20,000 nt of DNA from an uncultured virus (IMG/VR IMGVR_UViG_3300022602_000070) (lineage: Duplodnaviria; Heunggongvirae; Uroviricota; Caudoviricetes). Positions 1 through 9,078 of the stretch are shown piece after piece. A program made the translations under genes and the position numbers. Under the pieces are notes generated by a model, which made no database searches, was not told where the DNA came from, and worked only from the letters and a program-made list of their open reading frames with translations. Position 1 is the first letter of the stretch; each line of letters opens with the position of its first letter. The DNA is taken from the IMG/VR virus record IMGVR_UViG_3300022602_000070; one strand, written 5' to 3'.

Positions 1-594
1 AAATTAATAGCACTAGGTGCTAAAATACAAGCAGACGGCATTATGGGTCCACAAACACAAGCCGCAATGAAACAGTATGGGTTGGACATTAATGGCAATA
101 GTACTGCTAAGAATGTTGCGGCACCTGGACAGCCGCCAGCTACATTGATGAAAGATACACCTGCTGGCCAATTACAAACACAAGCCGCACAACAAGCTAA
201 AGCCGCTTCGGATAGAAGTGCTACAACAACTGATCCAAACAGAACCAGTTTAAATGCTAATATACAAGTAGCTCAACCTACGGGACCAATTGCTCCAACA
301 GCAATTAATAATGGTAGCGGAGTTGGTAAAAATGCAACCTTAGATCCGGCACAAGCAAGTGCGGCTAAAGATGCTATGAGTGACCCGACTGTTAGTGCCA
401 GAGATAAAGCATTTTTAGCTCAGATGCAAAGGAATACACAAGCGGCCGCACCTACTGCTCCTGCCGCACCTACTGCTCCTGCCGCACCTACTGCTCCGGT
501 TGGCACAAAAGGACAAGCTAGAGCAAGAGCCCAGGCCCAACCGGTTCAAGAAAGTTTGAGCAGAATTATCGATTTGGCAAAATATCTAAAATAA
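1..594 (+). CDS. 5'-truncated protein with a peptidoglycan-binding (PG_binding_1-like) motif and an Ala/Pro/Thr/Gln-rich low-complexity region; probable virion or internal head protein
   Basis: Frame is open from base 1 (KLIALGAKIQADGIMGPQTQAAMKQYG). DGxxGPxTxxA is the PG-binding motif. Ends VQESLSRIIDLAKYLK. Confidence 0.7.
   Translation, partial: KLIALGAKIQADGIMGPQTQAAMKQYGLDINGNSTAKNVAAPGQPPATLMKDTPAGQLQTQAAQQAKAASDRSATTTDPNRTSLNANIQVAQPTGPIAPTAINNGSGVGKNATLDPAQASAAKDAMSDPTVSARDKAFLAQMQRNTQAAAPTAPAAPTAPAAPTAPVGTKGQARARAQAQPVQESLSRIIDLAKYLK
445..497 (+). repeat. In-frame 18-bp tandem repeat x3 (GCCGCACCTACTGCTCCT) encoding AAPTAP x3
   Basis: Units at 445-462, 463-480 and 481-497, read directly. 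Confidence 0.95.
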
Positions 595-619
595 TATCAC
601 ATTTAGAGCGATATTTCGC

Positions 620-648
620 TTGCAGAACTAAATAAAAGTGCGTACAAT
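620..648 (+). promoter_or_regulatory. Sigma70-type promoter for the SSB operon, with an overlapping CTAAATA late-like element
   Basis: TTGCAG (620-625), 17-nt spacer, TACAAT (643-648). CTAAATA at 628-634. Confidence 0.55.
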
Positions 649-670
649 AACATGTATGCGCTTTTGTTTT
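634..670 (+). terminator. Hairpin with T-rich tail, probable intrinsic terminator of the upstream gene
   Basis: AAAAGTGCGTACA-ataaca-TGTATGCGCTTTT (two G-U pairs) followed by GTTTT. Confidence 0.55.
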
Positions 671-735
671 ATGTAGATCATAAAGCAATATTAGGCAAAT
701 AAAAGCACATAAAGGCATATTAAAGGAGAACTATT

Positions 736-1725
736 ATGGCAACTTTAGCAGAAATCAGAGCAAAACTTAAGGCATCCGAATCAAAAGGATCAGACAATCA
801 AAGATCAGGCGGAGACAAATCAATTTATCCGTTTTGGAATCTTAAAGAAGGTGGCGAATCTACACTTAGATTTTTACCAGATGGTAACACCGACAACACT
901 TTTTTCTGGGTAGAACGAGCAATGATCAAATTGCCATTCTCAGGAATCAAAGGTGAATCAGAAAGCAAAAACATCACAGTACAAGTTCCATGCGTAGAAA
1001 TGTATGGCGACACTTGCCCAATCTTGGCAGAAGTACGTGGATGGTTCAAAGACCCTGCATTAGAAGACATGGGTCGTAAATACTGGAAGAAACGTAGTTA
1101 CATTTTCCAAGGGTTTGTTGCAGAAGACGGACTCGGAGAGAAAGACGAAGAAAAACCAGAAAATCCAATTCGTCGTTTTATTATTGGACCTCAAATCTTT
1201 ACATCAATTCGTGCGGCACTTGTCGATCCAGAATTGGAAGATTTGCCAACTGACTACGTGCATGGTTTAGACTATCGCATGAAGAAAGGTTCAAAAGGCG
1301 GCTACGCAGACTACTCAACATCAAGTTGGGCACGTCGTGAGCGTCCACTTAGTGACGAAGAACAAGCGGCTATCAAACAACATGGTTTGTTTAATCTAAC
1401 AGACTTTTTGCCTAAAAAGCCAGGCGAAGTTGAATTGAAAGTTATGAAGGAAATGTTCGAAGCATCAGTTGACGGCGAACCATATGACATGGAACGTTGG
1501 GGTCAATATTTCAAACCAGCAGGTATGAGCCAAAACACTGGCGATCCTGTGAAGTCAACTCCTAAAGCATCTGCACCAGTAGATGATATCGATGAAGATG
1601 AAGCACCAGCTAAAGTTGCTAAGACTGCTCCAGCAGTAGAAGCAAAAGCAGAAGCAACTGGTGCAAGTGGCGATTCACGTGCCCAAGATATTTTGGCAAT
1701 GATTCGCAATCGTCAAAAGCAATAA
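736..1725 (+). CDS. gp32: Single-stranded DNA-binding protein, T4 gp32-like
   Basis: LRFLPD, C..MYG..CPI, YWKKRSY, K..KGGYADYSTS motifs, acidic/Ala-rich tail ending DILAMIRNRQ. AAGGAG RBS. Directly upstream of uvsX. Confidence 0.85.
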   Translation: MATLAEIRAKLKASESKGSDNQRSGGDKSIYPFWNLKEGGESTLRFLPDGNTDNTFFWVERAMIKLPFSGIKGESESKNITVQVPCVEMYGDTCPILAEVRGWFKDPALEDMGRKYWKKRSYIFQGFVAEDGLGEKDEEKPENPIRRFIIGPQIFTSIRAALVDPELEDLPTDYVHGLDYRMKKGSKGGYADYSTSSWARRERPLSDEEQAAIKQHGLFNLTDFLPKKPGEVELKVMKEMFEASVDGEPYDMERWGQYFKPAGMSQNTGDPVKSTPKASAPVDDIDEDEAPAKVAKTAPAVEAKAEATGASGDSRAQDILAMIRNRQKQ

Positions 1726-1732
1726 GCATACG

Positions 1733-1776
1733 GCTCGGGCCACTGCAACCTAGTTGTACGCCCGGGTTATCTTTTT
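1733..1776 (+). terminator. Two-tier hairpin between SSB and uvsX; terminator/attenuator or processing structure
   Basis: Outer stem GCTCGGGC/GCCCGGGT encloses TGCAAC-cta-GTTGTA, followed by TATCTTTTT and then the uvsX RBS. Confidence 0.5.
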
Positions 1777-1790
1777 AGGAGAATTAATTT

Positions 1791-2846
1791 ATGGCCACAA
1801 AAGCCTTCGATCTATCGAAATTTAGAAAGACCTTGACTAAGAGTATTGACGGTCTAGGTATTGGGTTTAACGACCCAACTGATTGGGTAAGCACAGGTAA
1901 CTTTGCTTTGAACTATCTAATCAGTGGTGACTTTAACAAAGGTATTCCTTTGGGCAAGGTTACAGTATTTGCTGGCGAGTCGGGCGCTGGTAAGTCATAT
2001 ATTTGTTCTGGTAACATTGTTAAGAACGCACAAGAGCAAGGCATTTATGTTATTCTTGTAGACAGTGAAAATGCATTAGATGAAAAATGGTTACATGCAT
2101 TAGGTGTAGATACTAGTGAAGAAAAACTTCTCAAGTTGAACATGGCTATGATTGATGATGTGGCAAAAACAATCCACGAATTCATGACAGAATACAAAGC
2201 TATGGAACAACGTCCTAAGGTCTTATTTGTCATAGACAGTTTGGGTATGTTGCTTACCCCTACCGATATCAATCAGTTTGAAGCGGGAGATCTTAAAGGC
2301 GACATGGGTCGTAAACCTAAAGCATTAACAGCATTGGTTCGTAATTGTGTAAACATGTTCGGTAACTATAACGTAGGTATGGTTTGTACAAATCACACAT
2401 ACGCAAGTCAAGATATGTTCGATCCAGATGACAAAATTTCAGGCGGACAAGGCTTCGTTTATGCAAGTTCTATCGTAGTTGCTATGAAGAAATTGAAGTT
2501 GAAAGAAGACGAAGACGGTAACAAGGTTTCGGAAGTAAACGGTATTCGTGCCGCTTGTAAGATTATGAAAACTCGTTACGCAAAGCCTTTTGAAACACTA
2601 CAAGTAAAGATCCCATACGAAACAGGTATGAATCCTTACAGTGGTTTAGTCGACTTGTGCGAGAAAGCTGGATTGTTAAAACAAGAAGGTAATAGACTCA
2701 AGTGGGTTGATCCGGATACAGGTGAGGAATTCAAATTCTACCGAAAAGAATGGAAAGATGATAAATTAGATATGATAATGGCAAAATTCCATATCAAACC
2801 TACAACAACTACCATTCCTGAGGAGACAGAAGAAAATGTTGAATGA
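1791..2846 (+). CDS. uvsX: RecA-like recombinase UvsX
   Basis: STGNFALNYLISG, Walker A GESGAGKS, VDSENALD, Walker B VIDSLG, TNHTY, ISGG motifs. Confidence 0.93.
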   Translation: MATKAFDLSKFRKTLTKSIDGLGIGFNDPTDWVSTGNFALNYLISGDFNKGIPLGKVTVFAGESGAGKSYICSGNIVKNAQEQGIYVILVDSENALDEKWLHALGVDTSEEKLLKLNMAMIDDVAKTIHEFMTEYKAMEQRPKVLFVIDSLGMLLTPTDINQFEAGDLKGDMGRKPKALTALVRNCVNMFGNYNVGMVCTNHTYASQDMFDPDDKISGGQGFVYASSIVVAMKKLKLKEDEDGNKVSEVNGIRAACKIMKTRYAKPFETLQVKIPYETGMNPYSGLVDLCEKAGLLKQEGNRLKWVDPDTGEEFKFYRKEWKDDKLDMIMAKFHIKPTTTTIPEETEENVE

Positions 2847-3081
2847 GACACAAATCGGTGACATCTGGTTGCTATTCGCAGATTATATTGACAAAAAAGT
2901 AATTGACAGTGTAGCTGAGCGTTATGTAGATTTACTAGCCGATTTCGGTACTAGTGATCGTGTAATGCAAAATGCAACAGGCGTCGACGGTGTCCTAGAT
3001 TCTGCAATCGAATATTATCTCGATGAAGAGTCTGATGAAGAAGAAGAAACAAACTATAACGAAGAAGACGAGGATTATTAA
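2836..3081 (+). CDS. Small acidic hypothetical protein
   Basis: 81 aa, overlaps both uvsX and uvsY, GGAG upstream, D/E-rich C-terminus. Confidence 0.75.
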   Translation: MLNETQIGDIWLLFADYIDKKVIDSVAERYVDLLADFGTSDRVMQNATGVDGVLDSAIEYYLDEESDEEEETNYNEEDEDY

Positions 3082-3536
3082 TGGGTTGGTATTCCGATAT
3101 AGCTAAAGATATCAGCAATATTCCTGCGGCAGTGGCATTCTACGAAGCAGAACTAGTTGAAGCACGAACCGAAGTTAAACTTGGTGGTAACGTAGAAAGA
3201 GCCAGTGCATCATTACCAGGAATAGTTGAACATCGATTCAGCCAATTGCAAGAAATTGAAGCCATATTGGAATATCTTAACATTGAATTGCGTCGTTTAA
3301 AAAGTAGTTTCTTTAGAAAGTATTTGGAAAACTATCAACGTGCTCTTAGTAGCAGAGATTGTGAACGTTACGTGGAAGGCGAGGCCGATGTTGTTGATAT
3401 GGAAAAAATTATCAACGAATTTGCCTTGCTAAGAAACAAATGGTTGGGTATCACTAAAGGTCTTGACCAAAAACAATGGCAAATTACTAACATTGTTAAA
3501 TTGCGTGTTGCAGGTATGGAAGACGCTAGTTTATAA
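3081..3536 (+). CDS. uvsY: Recombination mediator, UvsY-like
   Basis: 151-aa helical protein with a YLENYQRALSSRD..RYVEGE.DV segment and a W-Q-I-x-N-I-V-K-L-R C-terminus typical of UvsY; located between uvsX and uvsW. Confidence 0.7.
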   Translation: MGWYSDIAKDISNIPAAVAFYEAELVEARTEVKLGGNVERASASLPGIVEHRFSQLQEIEAILEYLNIELRRLKSSFFRKYLENYQRALSSRDCERYVEGEADVVDMEKIINEFALLRNKWLGITKGLDQKQWQITNIVKLRVAGMEDASL

Positions 3537-3559
3537 TCAATCTGCTCGAAACAGAGACC

Positions 3560-3593
3560 ATAGGCCTTAAATAATATTGAGGCCTATTTTTTT
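3560..3593 (+). terminator. Intrinsic terminator after uvsY
   Basis: ATAGGCCTTAA-ataata-TTGAGGCCTAT followed by a T run. Confidence 0.8.
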
Positions 3594-3599
3594 AAAAGG

Positions 3600-3628
3600 T
3601 TGACCTTTTCCTCAAGTTAGCGTATACT
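3600..3628 (+). promoter_or_regulatory. Sigma70 promoter, probably yielding a leaderless mRNA
   Basis: TTGACC (3600-3605), 17-nt spacer, TATACT (3623-3628). ATG follows 7 nt later with no SD. Confidence 0.7.
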
Positions 3629-3635
3629 TACTAAT

Positions 3636-4832
3636 ATGACGACTATTGATAACTTACTATTAAAAATTGTAAACTTTACTTCACCTGCAATCGAAGAAAG
3701 ATTGCACAATCGAGACTCTAAAGTGTTACGTAGCCTTGCTACATCCATTACTAGTTGTTTTTTCATCACAGAAAACCAAAGTAGATTGTTAATGAAAATT
3801 CTCAAGGAAAATTCGGAAAAATTGCCAGATTTTTCTCAAGAAATTTCAGAGGCGTTATCTGCTCCAATGTGGAGTCACGCATTTAGACAAATAGAACAAG
3901 TCAAAAAAATATACATCAGTAACAATGATGACGGCGATTTAATGTTGACTATAGATTTTAGTTTTAATTCGCAAATTCGTAAAATTATGAGTGATATTGC
4001 GAAAAAATGCGAAAATTTAGTGGTGACAAATGCCGGGAAAAAGTACTATGCAGACCTCACAGAACACAATATTGTAACACTAGTGGAAGCATTAAAACCG
4101 CATGAATTTGATATTGAAGAAAAAGTAGAAAATTACTACAATACCATAAAATCGTGGTCAGAACCCGAAATTCGTGGTCAGTTTTTAATCACCAATATGA
4201 CCAATCAAAACTTTCATAAAGTCATTACTGCTGATTTAGGAATTTCAACCTCCATCGATCAAAACATCATTAATGACAGAAGTATGCGTTATCAGTATTT
4301 TACAGAAAATGTGAAAAATCATGGTGAAACGCTGACCGAAGTCATTGCTAACAGATCAAAGACTAGACTGTGGATTGATAAAAAACAGCACTCGGTTGGC
4401 AATATTATTTCCAGTTTAATCGATTTAAAAAGATTGCCGATGTTAGTGGTCTTCGATACACTTGTCAATAACAAGTACTTAGAAAACCTGAAAATTTTGT
4501 CGGATGCATTGGAAGAAAACGGAATTTTTGATAACATCGGTATTTACTTTCGACTACCCAATGACGACTTAGGTAAACAGTTTAACGGTTTGATTGCAGA
4601 CAAACACTACAATCATCAGTTGGATGAAAATTTAAAAGTTGCATGTGTTATGAGTGGAAAAATACCGAAATTTTTCCTAAAAAATGCCTGGAGACCTATG
4701 AGTGTACTTGCGCTAGATAGCCGTATGGGTATGCGACATGGAAAAACTGCTGTATACTCTAATTGTTGTGATTTAATTGTTGAGTGGGCAGAAGAACCGT
4801 CTGCCATGGATATAAAGGCAATACTGCGATGA
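3636..4832 (+). CDS. Hypothetical protein (398 aa), translationally coupled to uvsW
   Basis: Long ORF with its own promoter and an ATGA overlap with the helicase start; no catalytic motif recognised. Confidence 0.8.
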   Translation: MTTIDNLLLKIVNFTSPAIEERLHNRDSKVLRSLATSITSCFFITENQSRLLMKILKENSEKLPDFSQEISEALSAPMWSHAFRQIEQVKKIYISNNDDGDLMLTIDFSFNSQIRKIMSDIAKKCENLVVTNAGKKYYADLTEHNIVTLVEALKPHEFDIEEKVENYYNTIKSWSEPEIRGQFLITNMTNQNFHKVITADLGISTSIDQNIINDRSMRYQYFTENVKNHGETLTEVIANRSKTRLWIDKKQHSVGNIISSLIDLKRLPMLVVFDTLVNNKYLENLKILSDALEENGIFDNIGIYFRLPNDDLGKQFNGLIADKHYNHQLDENLKVACVMSGKIPKFFLKNAWRPMSVLALDSRMGMRHGKTAVYSNCCDLIVEWAEEPSAMDIKAILR

Positions 4833-6298
4833 CCGTAAAATTAGTGATTCTAGACGAAGTTAACATAAAATTTGAGAATTTATCTCTCGAAGCTCGCAAA
4901 CGTTTGGCCAATACATTTAAGTATGAAGATCCAACTGCACGTTATCGGCCTGCTTATAAATTAGGTCGATGGGATGGTAAAGTGTCGATGTTTGGCCTCG
5001 GTGGAAATGGCTATCTTAGCCAGCTAGAAAAGTGTCTTAGCATACTTTCAGACATGGATATTGATATCGATGAATTAGAAGATTTGCGAACAACTCCTAA
5101 AATCGAATTTACACCTGTGACTGAAACATACTGGGCAGATCAAGGAAAAGTGTGGCCAAAAGGTCATCAACAAGAAGGTAAACCTATCATGTTGCGTGAC
5201 TATCAAGTTGACGCAATTAACACATTTTTATCAAATACACAATCGTTACAAGAAATTGCAACAGGTGCAGGAAAAACAATTACGACAGCAACATTAAGTC
5301 AACTTGCAGAAAAATTTGGTCGTACAATTACTATTGTTCCTAATAAAAGTTTAGTAGAACAAACAGAAGAAGATTTCGTTGCAGTTGGGTTAGATGTGGG
5401 TGTTTACTACGGGGATCGCAAGGATCTTAATAAAACACATACTATTTGCACATGGCAAAGTTTAAACATATTAGATAAGAAAAGTAAGAATTGGGATGCC
5501 GATGTGGCAATAACATTAGCAGAATTCTTAGACGGAGTTAAGACTGTTATTGTCGATGAAGTACATATGGCAAAGGCAGAAGTTTTAAAGAATTTACTCA
5601 CACAAAATTTGTGTAACGCACCTATACGTTGGGGATTAACTGGTACTGTTCCTAAAGACGAATTTGAAGCAGAACCTATTTTTGCTAGTATAGGTCCAGT
5701 AGTTGGCGGCATTAAAGCACACGAATTACAAGAGATGGGAGTACTTAGCAATTTACACGTAAATGTACTACAACTCATAGATTTACCAGAATTTAAAACA
5801 TATCAAGAAGAATTGAAATATCTTGTTACTAACAAAGACAGGATGACATATTTTAGTAGACTTGTTAAAGGCATAGCAGATTCAGGCAACACATTGATTC
5901 TAGTTAATAGAATCGATACAGGCAAATTATTAACAGAAATGATAGAAGGCGCAGTGTTTATTTCAGGTGAAGTTAAAGGAAAAGACCGTAAAGAGGAATA
6001 CAAAGAACATGCAACAATGGATAATAAAGTTACGGTCGCGACCTTTGGTGTCGCGGCTGTTGGAATTAATATACCTAGGATCTTTAACCTGGTTCTTCTT
6101 GAGCCTGGCAAGTCGTTTGTCAGGGTTATTCAGTCGATAGGACGAGGAATTCGTAAAGCAGAAGACAAGGACTTTGTACAAATCTGGGACGTAACTTCCA
6201 CTTGTAAATTCGCCAAGCGTCACCTCACAACGAGGAAAAAATATTACAAGGATGCCAAGTATCCATTTACTTTAGAAAAAGTGGATTGGCAAAAATAA
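4829..6298 (+). CDS. uvsW: Superfamily 2 DNA helicase, UvsW-like
   Basis: LRDYQ Q-motif, ATGAGKT, DEVH, GLTGT, QSIGRGIR. Start placed at ATG 4829 (ATGA overlap) rather than 4784. Confidence 0.9.
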   Translation: MTVKLVILDEVNIKFENLSLEARKRLANTFKYEDPTARYRPAYKLGRWDGKVSMFGLGGNGYLSQLEKCLSILSDMDIDIDELEDLRTTPKIEFTPVTETYWADQGKVWPKGHQQEGKPIMLRDYQVDAINTFLSNTQSLQEIATGAGKTITTATLSQLAEKFGRTITIVPNKSLVEQTEEDFVAVGLDVGVYYGDRKDLNKTHTICTWQSLNILDKKSKNWDADVAITLAEFLDGVKTVIVDEVHMAKAEVLKNLLTQNLCNAPIRWGLTGTVPKDEFEAEPIFASIGPVVGGIKAHELQEMGVLSNLHVNVLQLIDLPEFKTYQEELKYLVTNKDRMTYFSRLVKGIADSGNTLILVNRIDTGKLLTEMIEGAVFISGEVKGKDRKEEYKEHATMDNKVTVATFGVAAVGINIPRIFNLVLLEPGKSFVRVIQSIGRGIRKAEDKDFVQIWDVTSTCKFAKRHLTTRKKYYKDAKYPFTLEKVDWQK

Positions 6299-6304
6299 GG
6301 AATT

Positions 6305-6811
6305 ATGCAGATATTAACATTAGACAACCAAACATTTTCATTAAACAATTTACCAGAAGAGGTTGATGAAAATACTAGATTCGCTGTATTAGATAACAGC
6401 AATCCGGCAGATCCAGATTTTTTGTTTATGCCGCTGATATTCTTAGAAAGTTTTAACGCACCAGCTATGGTATTGCGCATCGGAGATGATGAAATAGCTA
6501 TGCCACTTGATTGGTGTATAGCTGTAGGAGATAGCACTAGTGCTTGTGACATTGAAATTTTACCTTTAACTAGTTTAAATGATAGAGGATTTGAAGCATT
6601 GTGTTTTAATCCATTAAGTTCGTTTAGGGTAGAGTTTAAAAAGATAGAAATTGTAAATTTTTATAATGATGTTAAATGGTATTTTCCTAAAATGAAAAAC
6701 GGCCAATTATTATCAACTCCTACACGTTTTGGTCACAAGCCCGACTGCGTATATTTTGTTAAAGAAATATCAAAACAAAATGAAATTATTCAATTGGATA
6801 AAATACTATGA
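6305..6811 (+). CDS. Hypothetical protein, beta-rich
   Basis: 168-aa ORF with AAGGA RBS, packed in the operon. Confidence 0.8.
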   Translation: MQILTLDNQTFSLNNLPEEVDENTRFAVLDNSNPADPDFLFMPLIFLESFNAPAMVLRIGDDEIAMPLDWCIAVGDSTSACDIEILPLTSLNDRGFEALCFNPLSSFRVEFKKIEIVNFYNDVKWYFPKMKNGQLLSTPTRFGHKPDCVYFVKEISKQNEIIQLDKIL

Positions 6812-7455
6812 GTTTAAAGATAGCATATTTTCAACCTACTGTTATTTGTATTGACAATATTCCTCCCGTGGAGTTTAGTAAAATATATACGTTAGTAGAA
6901 GCATTGCATAGCAGACCAGAACTAAACGATTCCGGCAATCCATTGATTAGCATTCGTGGCGGACAACAAATACAAATTTTTCCTAATGACAAATTAGATA
7001 TAGATGTTTCTTGGTTATTAAGTTATATTAAAAGTATTTGTCAAGGCTATTTAGAAATTATTACACAACAAGCTGGTGTAAACGATCTAAAACTATGTGA
7101 CATTATGATTAATAGTGTATGGACTATTCGACAAACAGAAGGCGAATATCAAGAAATGCACACACATCCTGCCGGCAATTTATCTGGAAATATGTACATT
7201 AGTGCCCCAGAATTAGTTGAAAACAGCCAACCAAGCGACAGTCAGATATTATTTAGATTACCTGCAACTAGAGATATTAACAGGTTTGTTATGACTGATA
7301 CTTGGAAATATAGTCCAACACCAGGAACTGTTTTAGTATTCCCAAGTCATATTCCGCACACAGTATATCCTTGGCGCGGCCAGGGCACACGTACTGTATT
7401 GGCTTTTGATGCAAGGTTAATTCCAAAGGAGGATCTATTCAATGGGGACGCTTAA
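6808..7455 (+). CDS. 2OG-Fe(II) oxygenase superfamily protein (TIGR02466-like, HxH type)
   Basis: W......G.YQEMHTH...LSG.MY, then P.PG.VLVFPS.IPH.V.P and R.VLAFD: DSBH metal and 2OG ligands. Confidence 0.85.
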   Translation: MSLKIAYFQPTVICIDNIPPVEFSKIYTLVEALHSRPELNDSGNPLISIRGGQQIQIFPNDKLDIDVSWLLSYIKSICQGYLEIITQQAGVNDLKLCDIMINSVWTIRQTEGEYQEMHTHPAGNLSGNMYISAPELVENSQPSDSQILFRLPATRDINRFVMTDTWKYSPTPGTVLVFPSHIPHTVYPWRGQGTRTVLAFDARLIPKEDLFNGDA

Positions 7456-7753
7456 ACCAGGTGTTACATACGTTTATGAAAGAGACAATGGAGTTGTATA
7501 TTCTCGAGAATTTGGCGCGGCGCCTGATACACGACAAATAGTTGGTTGGGAATACGATCCTGTAAACGGACATAAAATCGATCCAGAAGAAATGAAAAGA
7601 TTCGATGTACGCAGAGCTACTGGCGATAAAGAATTGGCTGATCATAACGAATGGATTAAAATTCGTTTGGCAGGAAAAACCAATCCCGCTTTACAACAAG
7701 CTATAGATCGTGTTAAAATACTATATAGACTAAGCGTAGAAAAATATGAGTGA
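7442..7753 (+). CDS. Hypothetical protein
   Basis: 103-aa ORF with GGAGG RBS, overlapping both neighbours. Confidence 0.75.
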   Translation: MGTLKPGVTYVYERDNGVVYSREFGAAPDTRQIVGWEYDPVNGHKIDPEEMKRFDVRRATGDKELADHNEWIKIRLAGKTNPALQQAIDRVKILYRLSVEKYE

Positions 7754-8225
7754 TAAAATCGAATTAAAAGAAAAGATAGCATTTGTAGACATGAACGTTC
7801 GTGCGGCTTGGGACGAAATGACCCCCGAACAACAAAAGAGTCTCAAAAGTGAATTCTTTATTTTAAACAGATATATCAGTAGTGCTCAAGATCAAAAGCG
7901 AGATATACAAGAACATTTTGTATTAACAGTTAACGAATATTTTAATAAAAACTGGAACGATTTACAAAAACATCCTAAACTATTATGGTTGTTATTGTGT
8001 ATGTGCAGTTGGAATGGTGAAAAAACATTCTATCATAATTGGATTGGTGCTAAAAAGAAAACAGGCACTGGTGGCAAGAAAGTTAAATTCCTTGAAGAAA
8101 TTTATCCTACACGTAAGAGAGACGAAATTGAATTGTTGGCGGCAATAACTACTGACAAAGAAATAAAAGATCTTGCTAGAAAGTACGGATTAGATGAAGC
8201 TACTATTGCTAAAAAATTAAAATGA
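7746..8225 (+). CDS. Probable clamp-loader small subunit (T4 gp62-like)
   Basis: F-I-L-N-R-Y-I-S, V-N-E-Y-F-N, W-I-x-x-K-K and a helical tail resemble gp62; size and replication context fit. Recognised from memory only. Confidence 0.5.
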   Translation: MSDKIELKEKIAFVDMNVRAAWDEMTPEQQKSLKSEFFILNRYISSAQDQKRDIQEHFVLTVNEYFNKNWNDLQKHPKLLWLLLCMCSWNGEKTFYHNWIGAKKKTGTGGKKVKFLEEIYPTRKRDEIELLAAITTDKEIKDLARKYGLDEATIAKKLK

Positions 8226-8917
8226 TGGCGTTAGTTAATCAACCTTATGTATGCGGTCATTGTAACAAAGGCTTCATGCAGGAAAAAACTTTAGCAGTAC
8301 ATGTTTGCGAGCAAAAACGCAGATACTTGTCGCGAACAGAAAAACATGTTATACTAGCATTTGATACATTTCAAAAATTTTATAAATTAAATCAACCTAA
8401 TTCTAAACAGGATAAAACTTATGAAGATTTTAGTAAAAGCCCTTACTATAATGCTTTTGTTAAGTTTGGCAGTTTTGTCAGCAATGTTAATCCTCTCTAC
8501 CCGGACAGGTTCATTGACTGGGTTGTACGAAGCGGCGTCAAGTTGGATCACTGGTGCAGAGAAGACCTCTATGACGAATACGTCTTCGACCTTATTAGAA
8601 ACGAAACAGTCGAAACTGCCCTCCAAAGAACAATCCAAACGATGATGGCTTGGGCAGATGATCATAACGCATCGTGGAATCATTATTTTTTATATGTTAG
8701 TTTGAGTCGTGCATGTTATGATATTAAGGATGGTAAAATTAGTCCATGGGTAGTATTAAATAGTAGCAGTGGTAAATTGATGCTACAAAAGTTTAGTGAC
8801 GAACAATTAGGGCACATACAAAAAATTATCGATCCTCAATTTTGGGTTAGCAAGTTTAAAAAATTACCAGCTGATGCGGCACTAGTTAAAGATGTTGTTA
8901 AGGAATCTAATATATGA
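8222..8917 (+). CDS. Hypothetical protein with an N-terminal zinc finger (CxxC-x12-H-x-C)
   Basis: YVCGHCNKGFMQEKTLAVHVC, a C2H2-like pattern. Confidence 0.75.
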   Translation: MMALVNQPYVCGHCNKGFMQEKTLAVHVCEQKRRYLSRTEKHVILAFDTFQKFYKLNQPNSKQDKTYEDFSKSPYYNAFVKFGSFVSNVNPLYPDRFIDWVVRSGVKLDHWCREDLYDEYVFDLIRNETVETALQRTIQTMMAWADDHNASWNHYFLYVSLSRACYDIKDGKISPWVVLNSSSGKLMLQKFSDEQLGHIQKIIDPQFWVSKFKKLPADAALVKDVVKESNI

Positions 8918-9078
8918 ACTCACCCACAACTTGGTTATTACAGGACGGAACTATAGTTGAAGATATCCCTCAACAAAACCGTTGTCCTGATATATGGAAA
9001 TTAGTAAACCCTGAAACTGAAGAAGCATATAATCCTACAAAAGAAGAACCTAAAAAATGGGTACACACGGACTTTTAA
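8914..9078 (+). CDS. Small hypothetical protein (54 aa, MNSPTTWLLQDG...WVHTDF), not in the ORF track
   Basis: ATGA overlap with the upstream stop, AAGGA RBS, and its TAA abuts the next ATG at 9079, filling the gap exactly. Confidence 0.7.
   Translation: MNSPTTWLLQDGTIVEDIPQQNRCPDIWKLVNPETEEAYNPTKEEPKKWVHTDF

Noticed and set aside
4784..4828. Longer track starts for uvsW (4784), and likewise 9988, 15779 and 19775
   Set aside because: Downstream ATGs (4829, 10048, 15734, 19763) fit the ATGA coupling, RBS or promoter positions better.
6305..6811. Faint resemblance to a Hint/intein fold
   Set aside because: It lacks the N-terminal Cys/Ser, the TxxH block and the C-terminal HN; not supportable without a profile search.
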